Shown piece by piece: positions 18,087-27,545 of a DNA stretch of 56,905 nucleotides (position 1 is its first letter; each line of letters starts with the position of its first letter). This DNA comes from Chloroflexota bacterium (GTDB lineage Bacteria; Chloroflexota; Limnocylindria; Limnocylindrales; CSP1-4). The notes below the pieces were generated by a model. That model was not told where the DNA came from, ran no database searches, and worked only from the letters and a program-made list of their open reading frames with translations. The stretch is taken from positions 1 through 56,905 of the forward strand of contig PLMA01000020.1 of assembly GCA_003141455.1 (NCBI GenBank), given 5' to 3'. Made by a program: the position numbers and the translations under genes.

Positions 18087-19283
18087 GTGAGGGCTCTGGA
18101 GTGGCTGCGCGGTTGGGCCGCGCGGCTGCTGGCCGATCGTGGCGCCGTCGCCTGGATGGTCGTCGTAGCGTTCATCTACGGGGGCGCGACCTTCGTCCGC
18201 AGCCAGGCCTCGGACTGGGGGCCGGACCACATGATGATCCTGGCCAATGACATCACCCAGGGCCGCGTCGACCTCAGCTCCCTGACCACGATCAACGACA
18301 TCGTCACCATCGACGGCCGCCACTACCAGGCCATGAGTCTGCTGCCGACGGTCCCGTATATCGCGTTCGTTCCCTTCGAGGTCCTGTGGCCTTTCTCGCG
18401 CTGGATCGTATCGGCCGTCATCGGCATCCTCGCGGCCTGGCTGGCTCTCCCCGTCGCCAGGCGCTACGGCCCGGGCGGCACGGCCACGTACTGGCTGGCC
18501 GCGCTGGGTGCCTTCGGAACGATGCTCTTCACCCTGGCAATCGAGGGGGACTTCTACTACCTGGCCCACCTCGAGTCCGTGTTGCTCGTGTTCGTGGCCC
18601 TGATCGAATGGCATGACCGGCGCCGGCCGTGGGTTCTCGGCCTCCTGGTGGGCTTGGCCGCCCTGGCTCGCCCAACCTTGCTGCTCATGGCAGTGCCGGT
18701 GGGCATCGTCCTGCTGGCCGAAGCCCGGAACCGCGTGAGGGTTGCCGCCGAGTTCGCCCTGCCGATCGCGGGAGCCGTCCTGGTCACCGCGGCCTGGGAC
18801 TACGTCCGGTTCGGTTCCGCGCTCGAGACCGGCTACGGCATCGCCTGGATCACACCGCCGCTGGAGGCGCTCCGCTCACAGGGCCTCTTCTCGATCGTGC
18901 ACGTGCCGACGAATCTGGCTCTCTTCATCGGCGGGGGCTTTACGATTCAAGACGCGTTTCCGTGGCTCAAACCGAGCTCCGAGGGGCAATCCATCCTGTT
19001 GACCACGCCGGCATTGCTGGTCGCCGTCAACGCGGGTTTTCGCGGCCGGCTGAACCAGATGCTCTGGGCGGCGGCGATCCTGACCGCGATTCCCGTGTTC
19101 CTCTACTACGGCGGCGGCGGCGGGACAACGTACGGCTATCGCTATGCCATGGACTTCATCCCATTCCTCTTCGCGCTGGTGGCCATCGCGCTAAAGGAGC
19201 GGTTCGGGAACCTGGAGAAGGCCCTGATCGGGCTCAGCGTGGCCTTCGTCTGCTACGGATACGTCTGGGCCATCTACCAGTAG
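18087..19283 (+). CDS. GT-C-fold-like multi-pass membrane protein (putative glycosyltransferase)
   Basis: About 10 TMs, LAALARP, YVRFGSALETGY and YGYRYAMDFIP motifs typical of PMT-like GT-C proteins; GTG start with GAAGG RBS. Confidence 0.65.
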   Translation: MRALEWLRGWAARLLADRGAVAWMVVVAFIYGGATFVRSQASDWGPDHMMILANDITQGRVDLSSLTTINDIVTIDGRHYQAMSLLPTVPYIAFVPFEVLWPFSRWIVSAVIGILAAWLALPVARRYGPGGTATYWLAALGAFGTMLFTLAIEGDFYYLAHLESVLLVFVALIEWHDRRRPWVLGLLVGLAALARPTLLLMAVPVGIVLLAEARNRVRVAAEFALPIAGAVLVTAAWDYVRFGSALETGYGIAWITPPLEALRSQGLFSIVHVPTNLALFIGGGFTIQDAFPWLKPSSEGQSILLTTPALLVAVNAGFRGRLNQMLWAAAILTAIPVFLYYGGGGGTTYGYRYAMDFIPFLFALVAIALKERFGNLEKALIGLSVAFVCYGYVWAIYQ

Positions 19284-19323
19284 GCGAGCGGCGCCGGCAG
19301 GCAGGCCCCAGCCCGGCCGCGGC

Positions 19324-20184
19324 CTAGACCTCGCGACGCCGTAGCAGGACAATCCCGATCGCCAGCAGGCCCACGATCCAGAGCAGGCACCAGCCCAGCC
19401 AGATCGGGTCGGGCGCGGCACCGGAGAAGGGGCTGAACTTGTACAGAGCCGGCGACGCCACGCCCCCGCCACGAAGCACGTCTTCGGTCGGCGTAAGCGC
19501 GCCCGCGGCCCCTCTCCACAGCACGTCACTCGGAAGGATCAACCTGGACACGACGCCCGCGCCGCGAAGCACGTCGCTGTTGAAGGCTTCGCCAACGCCG
19601 CCCATGATGCCTGCCATCCAGGCCAGTCCATATGCCACTACCGCGATTGCTCCGCCCGCCACGGATGCGATCCGCGTGCTGAACACCATCGCCAGGGTGA
19701 GCAGAACCAGCGCTTCGCCGGCCAGATAGAGCGGCGCTATCGCGGGATCGGTCGGCAGGTAGCCCGTCGCCAGCCCCGCCGCCCCTACCTCCAGGTACCC
19801 GGCCACGACCGCATACCCGACCAGGACGACCGCGAGACCGAGCCAGCGCCCGAGCAGCACGTCGGCGCGGCGGATCGGCCTGGCCAGGATGGCAAGAAGC
19901 AGCCCGCTTTCGATCTCGGGCCCGATCGCTGGGGAGGCGGCGAAGACGGCGGTCATGGCCAGGACGAAGCTGAACATGAAGGCCAACATCACCAGAACCT
20001 GCGACACAGCGAGCATCTCGACGGGCCCGGTGACAGGTGAGACCTCGGCGATCCGCGAGAAGCCCCACCAGGTCAGGACGATGATCAGGACCGTCAGGCC
20101 GGCGAGCGCCCACAGCAAGCGGCGCCTGAACGCTTCGCGCAGCGTGAGGCGGGCGATGATCACTATCGAATCGAGACTGCTCAC
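19324..20184 (-). CDS. ABC-2 type exporter permease
   Basis: IARLTLREAFRRR and EIESGLLLAILARPIRR motifs; six TMs. Confidence 0.88.
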   Translation of the reverse strand: MSSLDSIVIIARLTLREAFRRRLLWALAGLTVLIIVLTWWGFSRIAEVSPVTGPVEMLAVSQVLVMLAFMFSFVLAMTAVFAASPAIGPEIESGLLLAILARPIRRADVLLGRWLGLAVVLVGYAVVAGYLEVGAAGLATGYLPTDPAIAPLYLAGEALVLLTLAMVFSTRIASVAGGAIAVVAYGLAWMAGIMGGVGEAFNSDVLRGAGVVSRLILPSDVLWRGAAGALTPTEDVLRGGGVASPALYKFSPFSGAAPDPIWLGWCLLWIVGLLAIGIVLLRRREV

Positions 20185-21233
20185 CGCGTCGCCTTCGGGT
20201 CGGTCGAGGCTGGCTCCGCCGCGTCCGGGTCTTTCGCCGCGGCCGTGGCTTCCGCGCCCGGGTCTTGCGTCGCGTCCGCGCCGTCGACGCCGAGCAGCGA
20301 CATGAACCGCTCCTCAAGCGAGTGGCGCATGGGAATGACCGCGTGGACGGCGCCGCCTCGCTCGACTAGATCCCTTACCAGCGCCGGTACCTCGGCCTCC
20401 GCGATCGCATCCACGTTCAGCCACTCCCCCTCGACGCGGGCCGGGCCGTATCGGGCCGCGACCTTCTCCGCAAGACCGTCAATCCCGGTGACCTGGATGC
20501 GCGTGCCCTGCTCACGTTGCAGATCCGCCATCGCGAGCTGCGCCACCACCCGGCCGTGGTCGACGATGGCGACGCGGTCGCAGATCCGCTCGACTTCGGT
20601 CAGTAGGTGCGAGTTCAGGAAGACGGACACGCCTCGATCGCGCAACGACGCGATGATCCGCCGGACGTCCTGCCGCCCCACCGGATCGAGTGCCGAAGTC
20701 GGCTCGTCGAGCACAACCAGCTCCGGCCGGCCGAGGAACGCGACCCCCAGTCCGAGGCGTTGCTGCATCCCCTTCGAGAAGGTTCCGGTTCGGTCGTCCG
20801 ATCGCTGGGCAAGGCCGACGAGATCCAGCGCGCCGCTAACCTCCCGATCCCAGTCCGCTCGTGGCAGACGGGCCAGTTCGCAGTGCAGGCCGAGCACTTC
20901 CCGGGCCGTCATCCAGCCCTGGTAGCGGAACAGCTCGGGCAGGTAGCCCACCCGGCGCCGCGTCGCCACGTCCCCGAGTGGCGCTCCGAGCACACGTCCT
21001 TCTCCGGCCGACGGACGCGACAACCCGAGCAGGAGCTTGACCGCGGTCGTCTTGCCGGCTCCGTTAGGGCCCAGGAAGCCGAAGACCTCGCCGCGCGGCA
21101 CGGTCATGGTCAGGCCCGCCAGGGCAACGATCCGCCCGAATTCCTTGCGGAGCTCTCGAGTCTCGATCGCGGGCTCATCCGAGGCGGGAGCCCGCGTCGG
21201 GTCCGCGCCGTGCCCGACGCCAATGCCACTCAC
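20181..21233 (-). CDS. ABC exporter ATP-binding protein
   Basis: GPNGAGKTT, FSKGMQQR, LDEPTSALDP and NSHLL motifs. Confidence 0.93.
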   Translation of the reverse strand: MSGIGVGHGADPTRAPASDEPAIETRELRKEFGRIVALAGLTMTVPRGEVFGFLGPNGAGKTTAVKLLLGLSRPSAGEGRVLGAPLGDVATRRRVGYLPELFRYQGWMTAREVLGLHCELARLPRADWDREVSGALDLVGLAQRSDDRTGTFSKGMQQRLGLGVAFLGRPELVVLDEPTSALDPVGRQDVRRIIASLRDRGVSVFLNSHLLTEVERICDRVAIVDHGRVVAQLAMADLQREQGTRIQVTGIDGLAEKVAARYGPARVEGEWLNVDAIAEAEVPALVRDLVERGGAVHAVIPMRHSLEERFMSLLGVDGADATQDPGAEATAAAKDPDAAEPASTDPKATR

Positions 21234-21239
21234 GCCGGC

Positions 21240-22469
21240 CTACTCGTCGATCCGCTCGACGACCGTGGCGATTCCCTGGCCCACGCCGATGCACATCGTG
21301 GCCAGCCCGTAGCGGCCCCCGGTCCGCCGCAGGGCGTGGACCAGGCTCGTGATCAGGCGCCCGCCGCTGGCGCCGAGGGGATGGCCCAGGGCGATGGCAC
21401 CGCCGTCGACATTCACCCGATCGGGATCCAGCCCCAGTTCGCGGATGCACGCGACCGACTGGCTGGCAAACGCCTCGTTCAACTCCACGAGATCCAGGTC
21501 AGCCACGGTCAGGCCGGCGCGGACCAGGGCCTTGCGTGTGGCGGGAATGGGGCCCAGGCCCATGACCGCGGGATCCACGCCCGCAACGGCCGTGGCCAGG
21601 ATGCGGGCCATCGGCCGCAGGCCAAGCGATCGGGCACCGCCCGCCTCCACGACCAGGGTCGCCGATGCGCCGTCGTTGATGCCGCTCGAATTGCCCGCGG
21701 TCGCCGTGCCGCCTTCGCGGAACGCCGCCTTCAGCCGCGCCAGAGCCTCCGCGGACGTATCCGGTCGCGGTTGCTCGTCGGCGACTACCACCGTCGACTC
21801 GCCCCTGCGCCCGGGGATCGAGATCGGCACCAGTTGCTCGGCGTACCGGCCTTCGGCGATCGCCGCCGCCGTTCGCTGTTGACTGATGAGCGCGAAGGCG
21901 TCCTGTTCCTCGCGGCTGATCCCAAGTCGCTCCGCGACGTTCTCGCCGGTCTCGCCCATCGAGTACGGGTGGTGGATCGCCGCCAGCGCCGGGTTGACGA
22001 AGCGCCAGCCCAGCGTCGTGTCGACGAGGTCGTGCGTGCCTCTTTCGAAGGCCGCCTCGGGCTTGAGCATCACGTATGGGGCTCGGCTCATCGACTCGAC
22101 CCCGCCGGCCACGAAGACGTCGCCATCGCCCGCCGCAATCGCGTGAGCGGCGGAGTTGACCGCCTGGAGCCCGCTGCCACACAGGCGATTCACGGTCAGG
22201 CCGCCCACCTCGATGGGCAGCCCCGCCAGCAGGGCTGCCATTCGGGCGACGTTTCGGTTGTCCTCGCCGGCCTGGTTGGCGCATCCCAGGATGACGTCCT
22301 CGATCAGGGCCGGATCGATCCCCGATCGTTCGACCAGGGCCCGGATGACGGCCGCGGCCAGATCGTCGGGGCGGACCGACGAAAGCGCGCCGCCGTACCT
22401 GCCGAACGGCGTCCGCAACGAGGCGACGACCCATGCCTCCCTGACCGGTCGATCCAGCTGGCGTGCCAT
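21240..22469 (-). CDS. acetyl-CoA C-acyltransferase (thiolase, PcaF/PaaJ-like)
   Basis: [20 protein letters not shown] and MCIGVGQG motifs. Confidence 0.95.
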   Translation of the reverse strand: MARQLDRPVREAWVVASLRTPFGRYGGALSSVRPDDLAAAVIRALVERSGIDPALIEDVILGCANQAGEDNRNVARMAALLAGLPIEVGGLTVNRLCGSGLQAVNSAAHAIAAGDGDVFVAGGVESMSRAPYVMLKPEAAFERGTHDLVDTTLGWRFVNPALAAIHHPYSMGETGENVAERLGISREEQDAFALISQQRTAAAIAEGRYAEQLVPISIPGRRGESTVVVADEQPRPDTSAEALARLKAAFREGGTATAGNSSGINDGASATLVVEAGGARSLGLRPMARILATAVAGVDPAVMGLGPIPATRKALVRAGLTVADLDLVELNEAFASQSVACIRELGLDPDRVNVDGGAIALGHPLGASGGRLITSLVHALRRTGGRYGLATMCIGVGQGIATVVERIDE

Positions 22470-22507
22470 ATACGGTCGATTGTAGGGCCGTGCAGGATGC
22501 GCGCGGC

Positions 22508-23215
22508 TCAGGGCAGGCTCGCCAGACCCTGTATCAGCAGAGAGAGGTCGTCCGTGACGACGACGTAGAACACGTTGTCCTTGGCGTAGACGTAGCCGAC
22601 GCCGAGGACTCCGGCCTCCTGAGCGGTAGGATCGGTGATCTCGAGAACGGGTTTGGGCAGGTTCACCTTGGTGCTCACGGGCCAGCCAGCCTTGCTGGCC
22701 ACGTCGGCGAAGGAGGACGTCAGGGTCGTTGCATCAGCGCCCGGAACCTTGATCGCCTTCACGACGAAGTTCTCTCGCTGCGTCAGGTCGGCCGCGATCG
22801 CGATGTGCACGTCCTCGGGCGTCGTGCCGAGCTTCACCAACCAGGGCGAATACATGGCCTTCTCGCCGCCCTGGGAGGAGGCCACGTAGGTGGACAGCGG
22901 CATGCTGAACTTCTGGAGGTCTATCCCTCCGATCACCGACGGGAGCAGGTCCTCCAGGGTCGCATCCGCGTGCGGCAACCCGATCGTGAGCTGATCGGTA
23001 GTCGTTGGAGCTGCCGAGGCTGAGGCGCCCGGGGAGCCCGATGCAGCGACGGACGGTGAGGCGCTGATTCGGGCCGACGGCGAAACCACGGTCGTGGGGG
23101 CCGGCGAGGCCGGCGAGGCCGTCGCGGTCGCACCATCGCACCCCGCGACCAGGAGCGCGACTGCCATGGCAGCCCACAGGAGGGTCCGGGTCGTGACGTT
23201 GGAAGGTCGGCTCAT
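22508..23215 (-). CDS. hypothetical lipoprotein with S/P/A-rich linker
   Basis: Lipobox LVAGC, SPAS-type linker then a globular domain; GGGGAG RBS. Confidence 0.75.
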   Translation of the reverse strand: MSRPSNVTTRTLLWAAMAVALLVAGCDGATATASPASPAPTTVVSPSARISASPSVAASGSPGASASAAPTTTDQLTIGLPHADATLEDLLPSVIGGIDLQKFSMPLSTYVASSQGGEKAMYSPWLVKLGTTPEDVHIAIAADLTQRENFVVKAIKVPGADATTLTSSFADVASKAGWPVSTKVNLPKPVLEITDPTAQEAGVLGVGYVYAKDNVFYVVVTDDLSLLIQGLASLP

Positions 23216-23328
23216 CAACTCCCCGATAGGCGGACGACTGCGCCCGAACGTACGGCGCGGCACGAGTGATGGAGCCGAGCATGGCGTCCGTCGCGGCCGC
23301 CTGTCAAACGGTCGGCAGCGAACGATTT

Positions 23329-23508
23329 GATCGAATCGCGACACCGGCTGTAATCGCCCCTGGCGACTACCGGGTCCGCATCCAGGCCATCGGCCATCCG
23401 AACAGCGCCTTCGCATACGCTCAGACGACCGTCCTGAGCCTCGTCGTCCCGGCGGCTACGCCTGCTCCCACGCCCACGCCCGCACCGACACCGACGCCCA
23501 CCCCTTGA
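23329..23508 (+). pseudogene. orphan 3' fragment of a secreted-type gene ending in a PT repeat
   Basis: DRIATPAVIAPGDYRVRIQAIG...LSLVVPAATPAPTPTPAPTPTPTP* with coding-like codons but no credible N-terminus. Confidence 0.45.
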
Positions 23509-23509
23509 G

Positions 23510-24790
23510 CTAGCCGAGATCGGCTTCGGGCCACGGTCCCAGGCCCGTCCGGAGCGGATGAAGCGGCTCGTCTGCGTCCTCTGCCACCGTTCCGGCAGCG
23601 ATCGCTGCCGGGCGCCGAAGCCCCGGCACAAACCACGACGCCGCGATCAGGCCGATAGCCCACCACCACTGCCGCCCGTCGGGCGCCGACGTGATGCCTA
23701 TGGCCAGCCACAACCAGAGTGCCCGCAGGTTGAGCATCGATGGCACCGCAATGAGCAGCCCGTGCCCAAAGAGCGAGGGAGAGGCGACGATCGTGGCCGT
23801 ACCGAGACGTGCCAGCCCCTCGCGGCCAGTGGCGCGCAGCGCGGCCAGGACAGCGGCCACAGCCAGCACCAGGAATGCCCAGACCGGCACGAAGCCCGGC
23901 AGCCCAAACCCATAGAGCACCGGCAGGTCCTGTTGCGAGGCCTGGTACAACCACAGGGCCTCGATCCAGGCCTGCCATGCGCTCACGCCGACGAGCGGCA
24001 GCGTCAGGAGCATCAGAACAGCGATCGCGGCCAGTCCGGAGGCCAGCTGCGACCAGCGCCGCTCGCGAACAAGCCACAGCGCGAGGATCCCGGTGTATGA
24101 CTTGAAGACCGCTCCGGCCACCAGCCCGGCCCCCAGCCACGGCGCCAGCGCGAAGAAGGCCAGCGCCGGGACGGCGACGTTGCCCACCCACAAACCCTGG
24201 AACAGCGGGGGCCACAGCGCTATGAGAACCAGCCACCGCGGCGGCAGCCCGATGAGGCGCAACCCCAGGAGCACCAGCCCGAGAGAGCAGCCCACCCAGA
24301 AAGCCTGGGCTACGATCACCGGCAGCGATGAGAGTACGGCGAAGACGGGGAGCGTCAGGGGCGGGTAGAGGAACGGGTAGTTCGAGAGGTCCGCCGGCCG
24401 CTCGGTGATCGCGGTCTGGAGGTAGACCGGAGTCCCCGCCAGGAAGTGCTGGCCCGCCTTCAGGTATATGCCCAGGTCGCGGAGTGGCTGATTGGCCATG
24501 GTCAGGTCCGTCAGGACCATGGCCGCCAGGGCGAAGATCGCGGCCGCCTCCACCGGCCGAAGCCTCGGCGCTGCCGGTCGGAGGCGTCTCGAGGTCAGGC
24601 TCGCCACAAGAACCGCCGCCGCGACCAGGACGATCCAGGTCGTCCAGTACGCCACGCCCGGGCCGATGGGCACGCTCCAGGTGCGCGTAACGAGGAGGAT
24701 GTAGGCGCCCAGGATGCCGACGATTGCCCACCCACCCGGATCCCCGGGCGAGAGGCGACGCAGGCGATCGGCTAGCGGCGAATGCCTCAT
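23510..24790 (-). CDS. GT87 (DUF2029) family GT-C mannosyltransferase-like protein
   Basis: DLGIYLKAG, YPFLYPP, LWVGNV and GAVFK motifs with many TMs. Confidence 0.82.
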   Translation of the reverse strand: MRHSPLADRLRRLSPGDPGGWAIVGILGAYILLVTRTWSVPIGPGVAYWTTWIVLVAAAVLVASLTSRRLRPAAPRLRPVEAAAIFALAAMVLTDLTMANQPLRDLGIYLKAGQHFLAGTPVYLQTAITERPADLSNYPFLYPPLTLPVFAVLSSLPVIVAQAFWVGCSLGLVLLGLRLIGLPPRWLVLIALWPPLFQGLWVGNVAVPALAFFALAPWLGAGLVAGAVFKSYTGILALWLVRERRWSQLASGLAAIAVLMLLTLPLVGVSAWQAWIEALWLYQASQQDLPVLYGFGLPGFVPVWAFLVLAVAAVLAALRATGREGLARLGTATIVASPSLFGHGLLIAVPSMLNLRALWLWLAIGITSAPDGRQWWWAIGLIAASWFVPGLRRPAAIAAGTVAEDADEPLHPLRTGLGPWPEADLG

Positions 24791-24854
24791 TGCCGGGCAG
24801 CCTACACGCCGCCGTGGCGCGGCGCCCTGTCGAACCTCGGCCGATTGCGGACGG

Positions 24855-25517
24855 CTACTGTCCGGCGACGACTTCCAGTTCGATCAATTCGCCGCCCACG
24901 AGCTCGAAGACACGCTCGTCGATCGGGTCGTCGGCGCTCCTGGCCCGATCGGCCACGTAATCGGCGAACATGGCCGCGAATTCCTCGTCGCCGTCGACCA
25001 ACGCCGCGGCAATGAGGAGATCGCGTTCGGGCAGGCCCACGATGATCCGCGGGGCCGGCGCCAGCCCCGCAACCAGCTGGTCGCGGACTTCTGCAAGCAG
25101 GATCCGTGCGGCGTCCATTCCCGCACCCCAGTCGGACCAAACGATCCGCCGAGATCCGTCGACCTCGTCCAGCCAGGTCGCCTCGGTCGACCATTCGGAC
25201 AGGTTCGCCATGGCGGCCGCTTGAACCTCCTCGGGGCCGACTCCCCATGCCAGCAGGTGCTCTACGCTCACCAGCACGTCGAAGCCGTCGGCCGGAAGGA
25301 CGTACACGACCGGCAGGCCGGCCGGCCCGGCCGTGATGAGCGGCTCGCCGGGCGCGCGGTGGGATTTGGGCGCGATTCTCTCTCGACCGTCCACCCCGGT
25401 GGTGCCGGGGGGTCTCAAGGCAGGGCGGACAACGCGCGCGGCGGCCGCCCAATCGTGCTCTGGAGCGAGCGATGGCGGCAGATGGACCGCCGTATCGTGC
25501 TCCACCTGAACCTCCAA
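24855..25517 (-). CDS. DUF1444/YtpQ-like hypothetical protein (start uncertain)
   Basis: GLPVVYV, WGV..EEV..AA.ANL, DAARILL and GLPERDLL pattern. Confidence 0.65.
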   Translation of the reverse strand: MEVQVEHDTAVHLPPSLAPEHDWAAAARVVRPALRPPGTTGVDGRERIAPKSHRAPGEPLITAGPAGLPVVYVLPADGFDVLVSVEHLLAWGVGPEEVQAAAMANLSEWSTEATWLDEVDGSRRIVWSDWGAGMDAARILLAEVRDQLVAGLAPAPRIIVGLPERDLLIAAALVDGDEEFAAMFADYVADRARSADDPIDERVFELVGGELIELEVVAGQ

Positions 25518-25707
25518 CTCGAACCGCCACAGGGGACTCTCTCAGGTGACTCTACACTCGGCACTTTGCGAGTCACCTCTCAGGGATGAGTCGTGGGGAT
25601 GAGGTCGGATCCAGCAAGAGCACGGTGACCGGCGGAAGACGGTCGGCGACGACGAGGTCCGAATCCGGGCGAGCGACTCGTGGCCGGTGTGAGCTGCGGG
25701 CAAAGGA

Positions 25708-25738
25708 AGACCGGCGGGTGGTGCAAACCCGCCGGTCT
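25708..25738 (-). terminator. terminator of the last surface-protein paralogue
   Basis: AGACCGGCGGGT...ACCCGCCGGTCT 12-bp stem followed by TCCTTT on the minus strand. Confidence 0.7.
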
Positions 25739-25778
25739 CGTGACTCCTAGATTGCGCCGATGCGCCCCGGATTCAGCC

Positions 25779-26117
25779 TCAGCCCAGCAAGGTCTGGCGC
25801 TGTGCCTGAACGGCGACCATACCCAGAACGGCGAATGCGAGGCAGATCAGCAGCGCGAAGAGCGGCGTCGAGCCGTTGCTCGAAGAGTCGCGGCCGGTGC
25901 TGGTGGGCGGCCGAGTGACGGCTCGGCTAGGAACGGACGTCGCGGCGCCAACGGACTCGATCAGCACCTTCGGGATGGTCACGATCGAGGCAGTGGTGGC
26001 GAGCGGCGTCCGACCGGAAAAGCCGTGGCCGGTCGCCGTAATGACGACCTGACCGGCATCCATGTCTGCCAGAACGACCGCGTAGTTCCCCTTGCAGGGG
26101 TGACCTGTCGGAACCAC
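25779..26117 (-). pseudogene. N-terminally truncated surface-protein paralogue retaining the PPT-TM-basic C-terminus
   Basis: TRPPTSTG..STPLFALLICLAFAVLGMVAVQAQRQ matches its neighbours; no signal peptide or RBS; begins about 10 nt after the upstream terminator. Confidence 0.55.
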
Positions 26118-26127
26118 ACAGACAAGA

Positions 26128-26196
26128 ACCGACGGGCCATGACTGCGGCCCGTCGGTCTATCTCAGGTCTGGGTAGGTCGCTCGAGGCGACCGATG
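26128..26196 (-). repeat. 3'-UTR/terminator repeat, copy 1
   Basis: Near-identical to 27470-27536; contains GGTCGC..GCGACC and CCGACGGGCC..GGCCCGTCGG hairpins. Confidence 0.85.
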
Positions 26197-26205
26197 TCGG
26201 CTCCC

Positions 26206-27171
26206 CTAGCGGCTCAAGGTCCGGCGCTGCCTTTGAACTGCCAGCAACCCGAGCCCGCCGAAGGCAAAGCAGATCATGAGGGCGAAGAACGGGGTGGGGC
26301 TGTCGCCCGACGGTCCGCCGCCGACTGTGGTCGGAGGGGGCGTAATCGCGCGGACAGGCGTGGCCGTCTCACCCTGGAACGACTGGAAAGGCGTTGGCGT
26401 CGCCGAAGTGGAGGCGCTCGGCGTCGGGTCGACCACGAGGGTCTCTTCCGTGCAGGCGCTGGTAGCGGCGGCGTTGCTGGCATCACCGCTGTAGACGGCC
26501 TGCCAGTACCAGGTCCCGACGCTGTTGAAGACGATCCCGTCGGAGTTGGGCACCGAGCCGTTGGTCACGGTCTTGGTGCCGGCGTCGATAGCCCCGGAGG
26601 TGCACGCGGTGTTGGTGTAGATGGTGTAGGTCACCTTCCCGCCCGCAGTCGCCGTGGTACCGGTGAGGGTCGCGGTGTCATGGATCGTGTCGCCGACTGT
26701 TCCCTTCGACTTCGAGAGTACCGTAGCGATCGTCGGGCCAGCCGGGCTGACAGTGACAGGCTCCTCGTTCGCGTCGGAGGCGACCGTGTAGTTGTTGGCG
26801 TCGCCGCCGTATCTCGCGACCCAGTGCCAGGTGCCGACCATGTCGGGCACGAAGCCGCCACTAAGCGGGGTCGAGTAGTAGCCGTTGCCGGAGACCGCCA
26901 CGGTCTCGGTGTCCCGGACCACGCTGTTCGGATCTTTCAGGGTGAAGGTGATCGTGCCGGTCGGGCTGTAGCCGCCGGTCAGGTGGGCGGTATCGGTGAG
27001 CTTGTGACCGCTGCCGATGACGACCGGGTCGCCGGTGGTGGTGGTGATCGTCGGGCTGTAGCAGGCGGAAGCAACCCCCGCCAGCGCCGGAATGAACATC
27101 GCGACCATCGCGAACACCACGGCAAGACGGAAACTGCGGGCTCGCCCCGGGCGCCAAATGTTGGTGTCCAT
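26206..27171 (-). CDS. secreted surface protein with two Ig-like (Big_3-like) repeats and PPT-TM-basic C-terminus
   Basis: Signal peptide ending ASA; repeats DTAHLTG..GTWHWVARYGGDANN and DTATLTG..GTWYWQAVYSGDASN; AGGAGA RBS. Confidence 0.85.
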   Translation of the reverse strand: MDTNIWRPGRARSFRLAVVFAMVAMFIPALAGVASACYSPTITTTTGDPVVIGSGHKLTDTAHLTGGYSPTGTITFTLKDPNSVVRDTETVAVSGNGYYSTPLSGGFVPDMVGTWHWVARYGGDANNYTVASDANEEPVTVSPAGPTIATVLSKSKGTVGDTIHDTATLTGTTATAGGKVTYTIYTNTACTSGAIDAGTKTVTNGSVPNSDGIVFNSVGTWYWQAVYSGDASNAAATSACTEETLVVDPTPSASTSATPTPFQSFQGETATPVRAITPPPTTVGGGPSGDSPTPFFALMICFAFGGLGLLAVQRQRRTLSR

Positions 27172-27469
27172 CGGTCTCCTATCCCTCGGCCGGGTGCAGA
27201 GGGCCGACGACGTCATAGGTCAGCTGCCGTAGTACCCGAGTCGCACGCGTACACTACCCAAAAGGACTGCGGGCGTCTAGTACCATATAGTGCTCCCGGG
27301 CACCGCTGATGAGCCGTAGATGTCGACAGGACGACAGCTAGCAGGCTCTCCTGGGATCCGCCGGTTCTGCTCTGGACCTACGGACCGCCGCGTGTTCTGC
27401 CTGGGCGCTGGCGGTTCGCGTCGATCGAGCCTGAACTGTGGCTCACGCCACCGCTCGTCATGCACTGGT

Positions 27470-27536
27470 ACCGACGGGCCATGACTGGCCCGTCGGTCTA
27501 TCTCAGGTCTCTGGAGGTCGCTGGAGGCGACCGATG
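27470..27536 (-). repeat. 3'-UTR/terminator repeat, copy 2
   Basis: ACCGACGGGCCATGACT(GC)GGCCCGTCGGTCTATCTCAGGTCT....AGGTCGCT.GAGGCGACCGATG shared with copy 1. Confidence 0.85.
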
Positions 27537-27545
27537 GTGTGTCCC

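Noticed and set aside
20607-22568. 653-aa plus-strand ORF
   Set aside because: Antisense shadow of the thiolase and ABC ATPase genes; typical high-GC artefact with no motifs.
27301-27420. possible fourth decayed anchor cassette (TGGSQESLLAVVLS on minus strand)
   Set aside because: Similarity is too short, lacks PPT and the full TM; likely chance.
26128-27536. CRISPR array or IS terminal repeats
   Set aside because: Only two copies 1.3 kb apart, tied to gene 3' ends, with no spacers, cas genes or transposase.
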